Source of the DNA: Isurus oxyrinchus
Taxonomy: Eukaryota
NCBI GenBank assembly: GCA_026770705.1
Contig: JANJGN010000018.1
Span: 51,584,001 to 51,648,000 of the forward strand
Direction: 5' to 3'
Length of the DNA stretch: 64,000 nucleotides
In this document: one piece after another, positions 12,371 to 24,804 of the stretch
Position numbering within the stretch: the first letter of the stretch is position 1
Layout of the letters: the number at the start of each line of letters is the position of its first letter
Translations under genes and position numbers: made by a program
The notes under the pieces: model-generated
Told to the model about the DNA's origin: nothing
Seen by the model: the letters and a program-made list of their open reading frames with translations, nothing else
The model's database searches: none

Positions 12371-13642
12371 TTATAGATAAAAACAAAAAAACTGCGGATG
12401 CTGGAAATCCAAAACAAAAACAAAAACAGAATTACCTGGAAAAACTCAGCAGGTCTGGCAGCATCGGCGGAGAAGAAAAGAGTTGACGTTTCGAGTCCTC
12501 ACGACCCTTCGACAGAACTTGAGTTCGAGTCCAAGAAAGAGTTGAAATATAAGCTGGTTTAAGGTGTGTGTGTGGGGGGGCGGAGAGAGAGAGAGAGAGA
12601 GAGAGGTGGAGGGGGGTGTGGTTGTAGGGACAAACAAGCAGTGATAGAAGCAGATCATCAAAAGATGTCAGCAACAATGGTACAAAAGAACACATAGGTG
12701 TTAAAGTTAAAGTTGGTGATATTATCTAAACGAATGTGCTAATTAAGAATGGATGGTAGGGCACTCAAGGTATAGCTCTAGTGGGGGGTGTTTTTTTTTT
12801 AAATAATGGAAATAGGTGGGAAAAGGAAAATCTTTATAATTTATTGGAAAAAAAAGGAAGGGGGAAACAGAAAGGGGGTGGGGATGGGGGAGGGAGCTCA
12901 CGACCTAAAGTTGTTGAATTCAATATTCATTCCGGAAGGCTGTAAAGTGCCTAACCGGAAGATGAGGTGTTGTTCCTCCAGTTTGCGTTGGGCTTCACTG
13001 GAACAATGCAGCAAGCCAAGGACAGACATGTGGGCAAGAGAGCAGGGTGGAGTGTTAAAATGGCAAGCGACAGGGAGGTTTGGGTCATTCTTGCGGACAG
13101 ACTGCAGGTGTTCTGCAAAGCGGTCGCCAAGTTTACGTTTGGTCTCTCCAATGTAGAGGAGACCACATTGGAAGCAACGAATGCAGTAGACTAAGTTGGG
13201 GGAAATGCAAGTGAAATGCTGCTTCACTTGAAAGGAGTGTTTGGGCCCTTGGACGGTGAGGAGAGCTATACCCACTAGAGCTATACCTTGAGTGCCCTAC
13301 CATCCATTCTTAATTAGCACATTCGTTTAGATAATATCACCAACTTTAACTTTAACACCTATGTGTTCTTTTGTACCATTGTTGCTGACATCTTTTGATG
13401 ATCTGCTTCTATCACTGCTTGTTTGTCCCTACAACCACAGCACCCCCCCCCACCTCTCTCTCTCTCACTCTCTCCGCCCCCCACACGCACACCTTAAACC
13501 AGCTTATATTTCAACTCTTTCTTGGACTCGAACTCAAGTTCTGTCGAAGGGTCATGAGGACTCGAAACGTCAACTCTTTTCTTCTCCGCCGATGCTGCCA
13601 GACCTGCTGAGTTTTTCCAGGTAATTCTGTTTTTGTTTTTGT
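12371..13642 (-). mobile_element. 5'-truncated Penelope-like element with GIY-YIG endonuclease and inverted pseudo-LTR
   Basis: ORF 12898-13275: NLVYCIRC..C.LLYIGETKRKL..RF.EH...HF...RKLEEQHLI..LGTL.P.GMN. The ~370-bp near-identical inverted arms span ~12412-12785 and 13271-13642. TSD TCCTTTTTATT at 12360-12370 and 13643-13653. Confidence 0.92.
13537..13575 (+). ncRNA. Minimal type I hammerhead-ribozyme-like motif in the Penelope pseudo-LTR (antisense copy at 12481-12519)
   Basis: AGTT-CTGTCGA-A-GGGTC(ATGAG)GACTC-GAAA-CGTC-AACT: stem I AGTT/AACT, 5-bp stem II, palindromic ACGT stem III and GUC cleavage triplet. The core has U in place of A6. Confidence 0.65.
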
Positions 13643-15007
13643 TCCTTTTTATTCTTCCTGCCAAAATGAATGATTTCACATTTGCCCACATTGTACTCCA
13701 TTTGCTAGATCTTTGCCCACTCACTTAACCTGCCTATGTCACTTTGTCAGCTCCTTACACCCTCCTCAAAATTTACTTTCTTACCTATTTTGTGCCATCA
13801 ACAAATTTAACCACCATTCCTTTGGTCCCTTCATCCAAGTAAATTGTATAAATTGTAAAAAGTTGAGGCCCCAGCAATGATCCCCATGACACACCACTCG
13901 TCACATCCTGCCAACCAGAAAAAAGACCCATTTATACCAACCCTCTGCTTCCTGTTAGCTGACCAATCTTCTAGCCATGCCAATATGTTACCCCCTATAC
14001 CATGAGCTTTTATTTTCTGCAAAATCTTTGATGTGGCACTTTATCAAATGCCTTTTGGAAATCTAAGTATGGTACATCCACCAGTTCCCCTTTACCTGCA
14101 GCATATGTTACTCCTTCAAAGAACTTCAATAAATTGGTTAAACATGATTTCCCTTTTACAAAAGCATGTTGACTCTGCCTGATTGCTTTGAATTTATCTA
14201 AGTTCCCTGCTATAACATCCTTAATAATAGCTTCTAACATTTTCCCTATGACAGATGTTAGGCTAACTGGCCTATAGTTTCCAGCTTTCTGTCTCCATCC
14301 CTTTTTCAATAAAGGAGTTATATTTGCTATTTTCCAATCTAATGGAACCTTACCAGAATCTAGGGAATTTTGGAAAATTAAAACCAATGCATCAACTATC
14401 TCACTAGCCACTTCTCTCAAGGCCTTAGGATGAAGTCCATCTGGACCTGGAGATTTGTCAGTCCACAGCCCCAACAATTTGCTCAATACCACTTACCTAG
14501 TGATGGTAATTTTCCCAAGCTCCTCCCTCCCTTCCATTTCCTGATTCACAGCTATTTCCGGGATGATCCCGAAGCAAAATATCTGTTTAATTTGTCCACC
14601 ATCTCCCTATTTTCCATTATCAATTCTCTAGACACACTCTCTATAGGACCAATGCTCACTTTATTAACTCTTTCCTTATTTAAGTATCTATAGGAACCCC
14701 TATTATCCGCATTTATGTTACTAGCTAGCCTTCTCTCGTACTGTAATTTTTCCCTTCTTATTAATCTTTATGGCCAAAATTTTCCATTTGGCGGGTGGGT
14801 GGAGCAGGAGTTGACGTGGACCTGATCGGTGCCCTTGATCGGTGCCATGCCGCCATTTTCCAATTAAGGCCCGCTCAGCATATTTCCAACTCCCGTGGAT
14901 AGCGGGAATGTGCGGGCAGCGGCGGGTGTGCACAGACTGCCGGGTCCAATGGTGACCCAGCAGTCTGTTTAAAAGAAGGCCTGGCAGCCTCCAGTAGGCT
15001 GCTCACA

Positions 15008-18000
15008 ATGGCCACCTAGAGATCCAACCGCAGGAGGGTCTGCTGAGCAGGGCACTCTGGAGGGAAGGGCAGAGGAGCAGGGCAGGCTGCAGGGTCTGCC
15101 ACAGGAGCAGGGCAGGCTGCAGGGTAGGCCAGCAGGGGGGCCAGTGTGCCCCTCGCTTTTCTGATGATTGCCTTGCTGCCCTCTTTGAGGAGGTGGCAAC
15201 ACCCCAGGATGGGAGGAGGAGGCCACCCCACATGACGAAACGTGCATGGGAGGAGATGTTGGAGGTGGTGAGCTCCCGTGACGTGGTGCGGCGCACCTAA
15301 ATCCAGTGCTGTAAGCGCTTCAATTATTTGTTGTGCTCTGGAAGGGTGAGTACCATGTTGGCATTGGGTATTTAACCCCGCATGTAGCCTTAGCCTTGAG
15401 GGCCCCCTTACCAAGTCTTACCGTCATGAATTCAGTGAATTATGTTTGCTATTTCTTGTACACTGTGTGGGCAAGCAGATAGTGACCATGCTTACATCAG
15501 CCTGAGTGGCTCAGGGAGAGATGAGTTCTTTGCTGCACCATATGTTGCTCTTAGTCACACATGACTAATCTGGGGGCAACCTGCAGGAGATGCAGCTAGG
15601 CACATACTCAGAACTCCAACACATATCCGATTCACGGTGATGAGATTGTGGAAGGGGAGCCTCAATGTCTCATGGCCAAGAGCCATCTGCTGCCCTCGAC
15701 GCTGCACATAGTTGCGCCTCCTTGCTATGGGAGCCATGTGTTTCCTAAAGTGATGGACGCAGAATGTGTCCAAGGTGGCCATTTGGTGGGGGGTTGGGGG
15801 TTGGGGGGGGTGGTTGAGAGCAGGTGTACTATCTTTGTGTGACTGATCAGCGGTAGTGTGGAGAGGAGGCACTGGAGGCCTGATATGGGCCACTGTGGTT
15901 GGGGTGCAGCGTGCGTGTGCAGAGTACATGTGCGATTAGCCACAATGAATGGTCTTCTCTGTTTTGCAGGAGGAAAATGCTCACAATGTCTGTGAGTGTT
16001 CACGGACTGGAGGCGGCCAGGCCCAGCTGATGACTTTAAGCTAATTTGAGCAGGAGGTCCTGGAGCTTGAGAGGCGCCATGTGCCCAGGTTCACTGGTGT
16101 CAGTGAGGCTGGGCTGGAACGGCCAGGTATTTGAAGTCCACAGTGACATCCGCTCTGTCTTCTCACTATCCATAGCACTGATGACTGTTGGAATCGTTAA
16201 TGTAGCAAACTGCTCATTCACAGACTGATAGAGTCAGAGGTGTGGGTCATAGACAAAGGTCCCTCGGCCCTTCGAAGATGCAAATTTCAACCACCTTCCA
16301 AAGTCACCTTATCCCATTTACGAACACTATCCCCATGACCTTGTATACCATGGCATCACAACTGCACATCCAAATACTTATTATATGTTAGGAGGGTTTA
16401 TGCGTCCATCACCCTTTCAGTCAGTGCATCCCACATTACTGTGTGCGAAAGTTGCTCATCACCTCACTCGTCAATCTCATGTCCTTTACCTTGAATCAAT
16501 GCCACCAGGTTACTCATCCCTCTGCCAAGGGGACAAGTTCCTTTCTGTTGACCCTATCTATGCCGCTCAATGTTATAAAGCTCAGTAATGTCACCCCTCT
16601 CTCCTCTGCTCCAGGGGAAATATCCCCAATCAGTGCTATGTCTCCTCATAACTCCAACTCTCCAGCCCAGCCAGCAGCCTGGTCAATGATGGCTGCACGC
16701 TCTCCACTCCAATCACATCCTCCCTGTGAAGTGCGTATCACAACTGCACGCAGAACGATAGCTGTGGCCTGGGCAGCGTTTTCTGCATTTGCAACATGAC
16801 CTCCCTGTTCCGATATTCTATTCCTCGGCTAATAAAGGCAAGTATTACATTTATCTTCTTAAACATCTTATGTACCTATCCCGCTAACTTAACGGGCTTG
16901 TCGACATGCCCTCTGATCCTCCTTACTTTCCACGGTCCTACCATTTCTCGTGTATTCCTGTACCTTGTTTCTCCTGCCCAAGTACTTCACCTCACAGTTA
17001 TCTACATAACATTCCATTTGGCATTCCTTACACCATCTGACCAGCCCGTCTGTATCTGCCTGTAATGTTAGGGTCTCCTCCTGACTATGTGCCACCCCAT
17101 CAATATTCATCTCCATAGGTTCTGGAAGGTTGAGCACATCATGAGTCTGGGGGAAAGGGATGAATTGTGTCACTGTGTGCACACTAACTGATCCTCTGTC
17201 CTTGTTGTTATTTTCAGTATCATCAGAGCCTGTTGACCAGGAGCAATTGCAGTGCCCCCTCTCACACCTGAGGGCCCTCAGCTGTCACCTACATCACACC
17301 ATTTCTGTGAGGCAAGTACCAGCGCAGATATTAGCAAATCGGTGGGCATTGCAACATCGGCTAGTGTCCTGGGGCACAGTGGAGAGGGCACTTCACAATC
17401 GCTGGAGGAGCTGGCTGAGGCAGAGTGCACTGATGGTGCCAGCAGTCGGAGGACTGCAGGGGACCAGGCACATGCTCAGTCAGTGTGTGATGATGTGCCT
17501 CTGGAGTCGTCCGCGATGCAGCAGCTGCAGGAAATGTGGCCGGGTGTGCGGGAGCATCTGGGAGTGTTGCATGAGTCTATGCTTTGCTTGGTGTCTGTGG
17601 TAGAAGAGTCCACGTGGAGCATCACTGGTGCAATGACCCTCATAGCCAATCGCCATGTTTCCTCCATGGAGAGAGTGGCAACTCTCATGGAAAGGGGCTT
17701 CCAGGAGAACAAGCAGCTTCTCCTGGGGTTATGCTTGGACCTGTAAGCCCTCACAGCACCAGTGGCCACAGCTGAACATTGCCAATGTGGGAGATGGTAC
17801 GGGCTTCAAGCTTCCCAGCTCGTAACTCATCCATCAAAGGTGAGCAGGGAGGCTTGGGACAAACTCATGTCGGCAGAGCAGCTGCCTGATGTATCTGTGG
17901 GCTCCTCTCACAGCGCTTAGGATGAAGGCAACAGCTCCTCCGCCCCTCTTCCAGTGACCACTTCATTGGGTGAGGCTGCGATGACTGGGGAGATGCCAGC

Positions 18001-18180
18001 TATGGACCTGGCAGATCCCTCCCAGGCGGGACCAGCACAAGCTCCACGGGCCAGAGGACAGTTGCCAAGGTAATCGAGGCCAACAGGACAGCAGAGTCAG
18101 CAGGCTGTCTCAGAAGCCACTCTGAGCGATGGGGCGGCACCAAGACGTAGCTTCTGTAAACGTAAACATAAGGCTCCTGA
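15008..18180 (+). pseudogene. Harbinger Myb/SANT-like gene (3 exons, disrupted)
   Basis: CPRFSDDCLAALFEEV...AWEEML..VSSRDVVRRT*IQCCKRFNYL. Exon 1 ends 15345 (|gtgagt), exon 2 spans 15970-16126 and exon 3 starts at 17218. In-frame stops are present. Confidence 0.8.
16225..17085 (-). mobile_element. Highly diverged CR1 3' fragment inside Harbinger intron 2
   Basis: LQADTDGLVRWC...QMEC....CEVKYLGRRN resembles the CR1 RT C-terminus; CR1-type 3' end near 16230. Confidence 0.65.
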
Positions 18181-18505
18181 GGCACACCATGGGTTTCTCA
18201 CTGGTACTTTTGTGTTGGCCCTTGATTCAGGAATTATTATTTGTTCATGCTTGAAAAACATTTTGGTTTGATTTTGTGTGACCTTATGATGGTGAAAATT
18301 AAAACCAGATGTTACTATGGCTGAGGGTGGCTCCTTTGTTCTGCATTCACATGTTTTACATACATATCATGAGTGTTTGAGTGGACATTGAGGTTTGTGT
18401 CCAAAGCCCTGAGTTGCAGCTGATGACGTGGCAGATGTAGCACTTAAGTGCCGAGTATGGAAGTGCCAGGCAAGGCTGATACTCCAGATCCATTTGCGTG
18501 GAGCT

Positions 18506-19720
18506 AGCTGAAGGTTCGTTGGATTAAAGTGTCCTGGGCATCCCTGCCTCCTTGGTGTAGTCCCAGGTCAGCGTTCAGCCCCTCATCATTCTCCTATGCT
18601 TCCTTATCCTCAGAATCAGTGCTGGACTCATCATGTGCAGCCGCATCCACTGTGTCAATGTCTTCATTGTCCATTGCATCCCCCCTTTCCAACGCAAGGT
18701 TGTGGAGAGTGCAGCATGCAACCACTATCACCAAGACATGATCTGGGGGGTACTGGAGTGCGCCCCCTGAGCGGACCAGGCATCGGAAGCACATCTTGAA
18801 AAGACCGATGGCTCTATCCACCACAGCCCTTGTGGTGCCATGACTCCTATTGTAGTGCTGCTCAGCTTCTGTTCTTGAATGGCGGAGAGACATCATGAGC
18901 CACCTTCTGAGGGGATAGCCCTTGTCACCCAGCAGCCAACCATCCAGCCAGGCTGGAGCACTGAAGAGCCCTGGCACCTGGGAGTGTCTGAGGATGTTGG
19001 CATCATGGGAGCTGCCTGGGTATCTTGTAGAAACTTATAGAATCAGCATCCTGTGATCACACACTATCTCCACGTTCATGGAGTGGAAGCTCTTCCTGTT
19101 GATGAAGGCACCGGGTTCACCTGCTGGCGCCTTGATAGCCACATGTGTGCAGTCTATTGCATCCTGGACATGGGTGAAGCCAGCAATAGCCATGAAGCCT
19201 CTGGCTCACTGTGTTTGGCTTGCCTGGTCCCAGTGGAAGTGGATGAAGGTCAATGCCCGTCTGAACAGAGTGTCTGCAACCTGCTTGACACAAGTGTGGA
19301 CAACTGATTGGGAGACACCGCAAAGATCACCTACCAAGCCCTGGAAGGAGCCAGAGGCATAGAAGTGGAGGATAACTGTAAGCTTCAGAGCCGTTGGCAT
19401 GGGTGGAGAGATCTCAGGGCCAATCATCTGGCAGGTGTGGTGTACTGTCTCCCTTGACAGCCAGTACCTCCTTCAGGACTGCATCTCAGTCACATTGAGG
19501 TAGCTGCTTCGCCGCCTGTATACCCTGGCAGCAGGATAGTGGCGTATTCTGCAGCCCCTTCCACCTTGAACTCCTCTTGGCCCTGCGCCCCTTGCGCCTG
19601 TGCCTGTACTCCCAAAGGTGGCTCCCCTGGAGGCTGATTGTCCACTCCTGGTCTCCTACTTATTCTAACTCTCCCTTCCTGTTCAGAGCAGCTGCCTCTA
19701 GTGGACATGTCAGAACCCAT
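18506..19720 (-). pseudogene. Harbinger DDE transposase (HARBI1-like), frameshifted
   Basis: Motifs FYASGSFQ..VGDLCGVSQS.VH.CV.QV, WLLGDKGYPL, EQHYNRSH..TR.VV.RAIGL.K..FRCL and CCTLHN. Confidence 0.92.
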
Positions 19721-22137
19721 ACCCAAGCTAAAGGGAGGCCTCTGAAAAGCAGCAGGCCCAATAAAGATTACTGACTGCAGACTGCTGAGCTGAAGGTTAA
19801 AAGTACACAGAAAGTTGCTGGTATTCATTCCGAACTGCTATAGATCACACAGGACAGTTTAAAACACTTTCTGCAATAAATGCTCACAGACCAGATTGAC
19901 AACTGCACTGAGCCCTCTTATCCCACCCGTGGATGCGTTTTATCAAAAAGTCTCTTACCCGCCTGCCCGTTGCACCTGTGCGCCGACCTGAAGAATGCAA
20001 GGGTGCCTGAAAATCGGCATTGATTGCCGATTTAAGGGCCTTAACTAGCCTGTTAATTAATGGCGGGCATACATTGAACTTCATCGCGCGTCCGCCCAGC
20101 AAAATACCACGATGGCGCGCGGTGACGCCAGGACCCTCACTCGACATCACCACGCATCATTTTACACGCTGACATGCGGGACCCCCCCCCCCCCCCCATG
20201 TCAAGCAGAAAATCCTGCCCTATGTCATTCTTTGCTGTTCTTTATATTTTTTCCAATCTTCTGACCTGCCCCTGTCTTTGTGTAATTATATGCCTTTTCA
20301 TTAAGTTTCATACTGTCTTTATCTGTTTTATTTAACCACGGATGGTGGACCCTCCCCTTGGAATATTTCTTTCTCATTGGAATGTATATATTCTGCATAT
20401 TCTGAAATATTCCTTTAAATGTCTGCCACTGAACTTCTAATGATATATTTCTTAACCTCATTTGCCAGTTCACTTTAGCTAGCTCTGCTTTCATGCCCTC
20501 ATAAATGTCTTTAAATTTAAAATATTAGTCTTGGATGCATTCATTTCTCCCTCAAAATGAATGTAAGATTCAATCATATTATGATCGCTGCTATCTAGGG
20601 GTGCCTTCACTATGAGGTTATCAATTAATCCTATCTTGTTGCTCTTACCAGGTCTAGTATAGCCTGCTCTCTGGTTGTCTCCAGAACATGCTGTTCTAAG
20701 AAACTATCCCAAAAACATGTATATGAATTACTCTATATACTGTATCCACTACAAGAAAATAAGGGTTTTCTTTGGATATTCAAAACAGTTTATATTCTGA
20801 TGGTGTTGTACATTTTGCTTACATGACATTTACCGGTGCAGGCATTGATAGAATGAGTTATTTTGCACTCTCAGTATGAGTTGTTAGCTGTGTTGACTTA
20901 TTATGAAGCATGCCATCGTTTAAAGTCCATTACATTGTAATTGATGTAAAGTAATTGCGATATGCTTTCCATATATGCACACTGGTTTACATGTCAGTGC
21001 TATCAGCATTATGTAAAAGATTGGCGTGCAATGTTTGTGGTTCATCAGGCCACAAGATGTCTGTGATGTGACCTGTATTTTCCAAAGCTGTACAACAACC
21101 ATGAACAATACAACAGTGAAGATGTGGCTACAAAATTGCAGAAAGCATTATTTGATGTATGATTATGTTTATCTATACTATTAGTTTTAAAAACTACTTT
21201 AATAGTTACACAGGGTTATTTATAATAAATGCAATATTGATCTTATGTGGTGATAAATTTTAACTATATTATTTCTAGAGAACATTTCAGAACATTTTCA
21301 TCTGTAAAATTTTAAGTTCGATTTTTCAAAGCCATTACAATTATAGATGGTTATGAATGGCTTACTGGGTGGTAAAAAAATGCTGTAAGGATTCTGGGTG
21401 AAATGAGATTAAGCAATCACAGCTAGCAAATACAGTGATGCAAAACATTTAAAAATGCATTAATATTTTTTGCACCTCTGTGCAATCACCACTATACTTT
21501 ATTGATAAAAATTAACTGTCAGGAAGAGAGTAATTTAACTTATCTAATTCATCTAATCATGATATGTGACCTCTTTAATTATGTTTATTGTTATGGTACA
21601 TTAATGTTTTAATTAGTGATTTAAACCTCTCCAACTCCCTTTCCTCCCTAAAACTCCCAATTTTGATCAGGCTTTTCTTCAGCTTTCCTAATATCTAATA
21701 TACCTTCTCTGGCTCAGTCTCTATTTTTTCCTAGTTATCCCTGTATCACATTAACAGCTCTGTATAAATGCAAATTTTCTTCTTGTAAAAAAATGGGGGG
21801 GCATTCCCACAGGTCTTTGCCAAAGATAGGGCAAACTAGGGAGAGAATCCCTGCAGAAATTTAACACAAGACTTTTAAGCATTTCTCCCTGATTTTTGTG
21901 CAGTCATTTACAGCCTCTCAGTGAATCTGCATTGGTATGTCAATTTTTGAACTGGTAATCCACATTTTATAAATAAATTGCAGAGTGACCAATCAACTGT
22001 TATGGGCATTTACAATATTGCGTTGTTTTTCTTTAAGTTAATTCTTGGATATAGATATTGCTGACAAGCCACATTTATTGTCCATTTCTAGTTGTCCTAG
22101 GAAGGTGATGGTGGACCTTCTTCTTGCACTGTATAGC

Positions 22138-23393
22138 CATCATGAAATAACAAATGTTTCGTTATATTTTCTGGTTTATTGTGAAATAGGTTTATGGGGT
22201 AAGTATAGTTGGGTCTATGTGTGATTTAATTACATTTGGAGTCAAGTAGACTGCAAGTTGAAAATCATCAAAAGAAGTTAGGTGTTTGACATGCTAATGA
22301 GTAAACATGGGGCAAAATTTTTACCTCAGTGGGCATGTGTCTCCCTGAACCGCTCAAGTGTAAGATGACGTGTGTTGATTTTGGGTGAGTGTCCTGATGT
22401 CAATGTGCAGTTGCATGATATTTCAGTCGGCAGGCGCATGTGGGAATTGGCAGCCTGCCCACCAACAATTAAAAGGCCTATTAAGGTGGGATGATGTTTC
22501 CAACATCAAATAAAAATAAAATAAAATGTTTCAAATTTCATTTATAACATGTCCCTACTCATGTGACAGGGTAATTGGCCTGCCAATCGCAGGTGGTGGT
22601 CAGCTTCCCGATAACGCCCATCAAGCCCGTCCGACAAAGGCAAAATTCTGCCCATGGATGCTGGCTTGGCATGTAAGGTGTGAAGGAAATTTGCATTTTT
22701 AGATAAATGAAGGGATATTTGGATTTCAATGGGATCTTAATCAGTTTACAACTAGTCAGATAAACAAGGCTAAGGAATATGTTGATTTTTCCCGAAAGTT
22801 ACTGGCAATATTGGCACCATGAAATTGTTTGTTATGAGGAAGATACAGTTTCAAAGACATATGGAACAATCAAATTTACATATTAAAAAGAGAGAAACAA
22901 ATATAAAGGAGAATGAAAAGTTATGTGTCAGAAGGCCATGTAATCTAACAGAAGTGTTTGAAATAGCCTTAATGAAGCCTCCAGCATTTGTGCAGAAGTG
23001 TGCTGTCTAACAAAGCTGAAATTGGGAAAAAACCATTTGGAATTTCATTATCCAGGGTATTGTGTTAACTTGATGAGTTTGTTTTAAATCTAAAATCTAT
23101 TGTGGATCATAGCCTTAAAAGAAGTGTCACTGGGGGTCAGCTTAATTAGGAATTTTAGAAGTTATTATAGTAGTAATTGTAGCCTTATATATGTGTTTGA
23201 AATCTTTTATTTTGTTAATAGATATTTTAATTTAATTTCTAAAATCTCCAAAGGTCTTTGTGGACTTATTACTTCTGAATTCAACACACACATCTCGTAA
23301 TAAACACAAATTGTAAAACCATTGTGATAGCGCGACCAAGTTTCCCTTGTGGATTTGGTCCGTCTGGCACACATTATCTGCCATGTCATAACA
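22138..23393 (+). mobile_element. Probable solo LTR inserted in a SINE-like repeat
   Basis: Ends ...GTCATAACA, has AATAAA near 23300, and flanks read ATAGC/ATAGT. The split host repeat matches an intact copy at ~26180-26400. Confidence 0.5.
22310..22653. mobile_element. Harbinger-type MITE (344 bp)
   Basis: TIRs GGGCAAAATTT / AAATTCTGCCC and TSD ATG (22307-22309, 22654-22656). Confidence 0.85.
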
Positions 23394-23710
23394 ATAGTAC
23401 TTTGATACAATTGAGTGGCTTGATAGATTACTTCAGAAGGCAGTTAAGAGTTAAGCACATTGGTGAGGTACTGGAGTCCACATAGATCAGGGTAAGGACA
23501 GCAGGTTTCTTCACTAAAGGGCATTTGCAAATTAGTTATTTTTTCTGACAATCCAACCGCTCCAATTTACTGATACCAGCTGAATTTTGCTATTTACACA
23601 TTTTTTTTTAAAAAAGAGATTCAAATTTTTTTCAATCCCCTAATGCTCCATGATTTGTACCTAGCATAGAATCAATTTTTTTTTTGCTCTCCCAACAATT
23701 TAATTCACAA

Positions 23711-23924
23711 CAAAAACAGAATTATCTGGAAAAACTCAGCAGGTCTGGCAGCATCGGCGGAGAAGAAAAGAGTTGACGTTTCGAGTCCTCATGACCCTTC
23801 ATGAGACTTGAAATGTCAACTCTTTTCTTCTCCGCCAATGCTGCCAGACCTGCTGAGTTTTTCCAGGTAATTCTGTTTTTGTTTTGGATTTCCAGCATCT
23901 GCAGTTTTTTTGTTTTTATCTCTT
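23711..23924. mobile_element. Palindromic Penelope-derived mini-insertion
   Basis: Two inverted copies of the PLE 3' terminus joined inside the hammerhead motif. 14-bp TSD AATTTAATTCACAA (23697-23710, 23925-23938). Confidence 0.9.
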
Positions 23925-23959
23925 AATTTAATTCACAATTTTACGTTGTCTTCACTTAC

Positions 23960-24133
23960 TTTGCCTCCTTGACTTTTTCTTACAATATCTCATAATAGAC
24001 CATGTTAATACAGCCAAGATGATCAGTGCTCCTGCTCCAGAGAATGCACCTATGAAACCACAATTCACCATGTGGTAATCTAAAAAGCAATTCAAAGATA
24101 TTTGATGAGAGCAGGTGGCACTGAACAGATATT
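23960..24133 (-). CDS. Exon 4: transmembrane segment and basic stop-transfer
   Basis: 174-nt phase 1-1 exon between ctttatttacag| and |gtaagt. Encodes YLFSATCSHQISLNCFLDYHMVNC-GFIGAFSGAGALIILAVLTWSIM-RYCKKKSRRQ. Confidence 0.85.
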
Positions 24134-24723
24134 CTGTAAATAAAGGTGACCATAATTCAATAAGCATCTGCAACAGGAATTGTGCAATTTACATTTTTAT
24201 AATCAGTTATTAATGGACAATGTTATCTTATAGGTTTTGATCTCAGTCAAACGTTTGTATAAAGCAAGTTAAGTCGCTAACTACAACAATTAACTCTTTG
24301 ACCAGGAGAAATGGAAGCCTGTTGATATGCATTCACTCTTATCTACATACTGACAAAGAATTCAGTTTAAACACCTCCAACAATACAGCACTCACTCTGC
24401 CACAGGATTGTCTGCCTACATATGAGCTCAAATCTTGTTTTGGGCTTTGTGGCATACAAAGGTATTAAAAGAGATAAACATCTTTTAGTTTTGTCAAAAG
24501 GCTGCAACTTTCTCTACATATTTCAATCAAGTATATAAAGAGGATTGGAGTGAGGTTTAGAATGGTTGGCAGAAAGAACAGAATATCAGAAATTATAGAA
24601 ACATATTAACTTTTAAACTTTTAAACTTGGGATGTTATAAATTCAATTTGCTGTTTCTGGTGTTAGAAGGTATGTACTAGTTTTACAAAAAAGAGCAGTC
24701 TGCTTGTCAAACAGCATTCTTAC

Positions 24724-24804
24724 CATTGGTTTCATTGGCTTTCACAAGAGTTAGTTTAGAGTCTGCACTTGCATTCCACCAATCACCTATTATCATCACT
24801 CCTC
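24724..24804 (-). CDS. Exon 3: extracellular stalk
   Basis: 81-nt phase 1-1 exon between gtatttccag| and |gtaaga. Open frame (G)GVMIIGDWWNASADSKLTLVKANETN with two N-glycosylation sequons. Confidence 0.65.

Larger units (their letters stand above)
14772..20220. mobile_element. Complete-length degenerate PIF/Harbinger transposon (~5.4 kb)
   Basis: Imperfect TIRs GGCCAAAATTTTCC / AGAAAATCCTGCCC and TSD TAT (14769-14771, 20221-20223); the host CR1 rejoins across it. It carries convergent Myb/SANT (+) and HARBI1-type transposase (-) genes. Confidence 0.92.
11600..20715 (-). mobile_element. CR1-clade LINE (RT, partial EN/linker), interrupted by a Penelope element and a Harbinger
   Basis: Motifs KSPGPDGLHP, NYRPVSLTSVIGKMLE, QHAFVKGKSCLTNLL, YLDFQKAFDKVPH, RPYLEYCVQYWSPY and TRGHSLK. 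Segments 11600-12370, 13643-14771 and 20221-20715 join across TSD-flanked insertions. Confidence 0.9.

Noticed and set aside
15040-15130. ~30-bp tandem repeat (GAGCAGGGCAGGCTGCAGGG)
   Set aside because: Low-complexity expansion inside Harbinger Myb exon 1; no independent significance.
18506-19720. Host HARBI1 or NAIF1/MSANTD gene
   Set aside because: Frameshifted, enclosed by TIRs and a TSD, and present as several diverged copies, so these are transposon genes.
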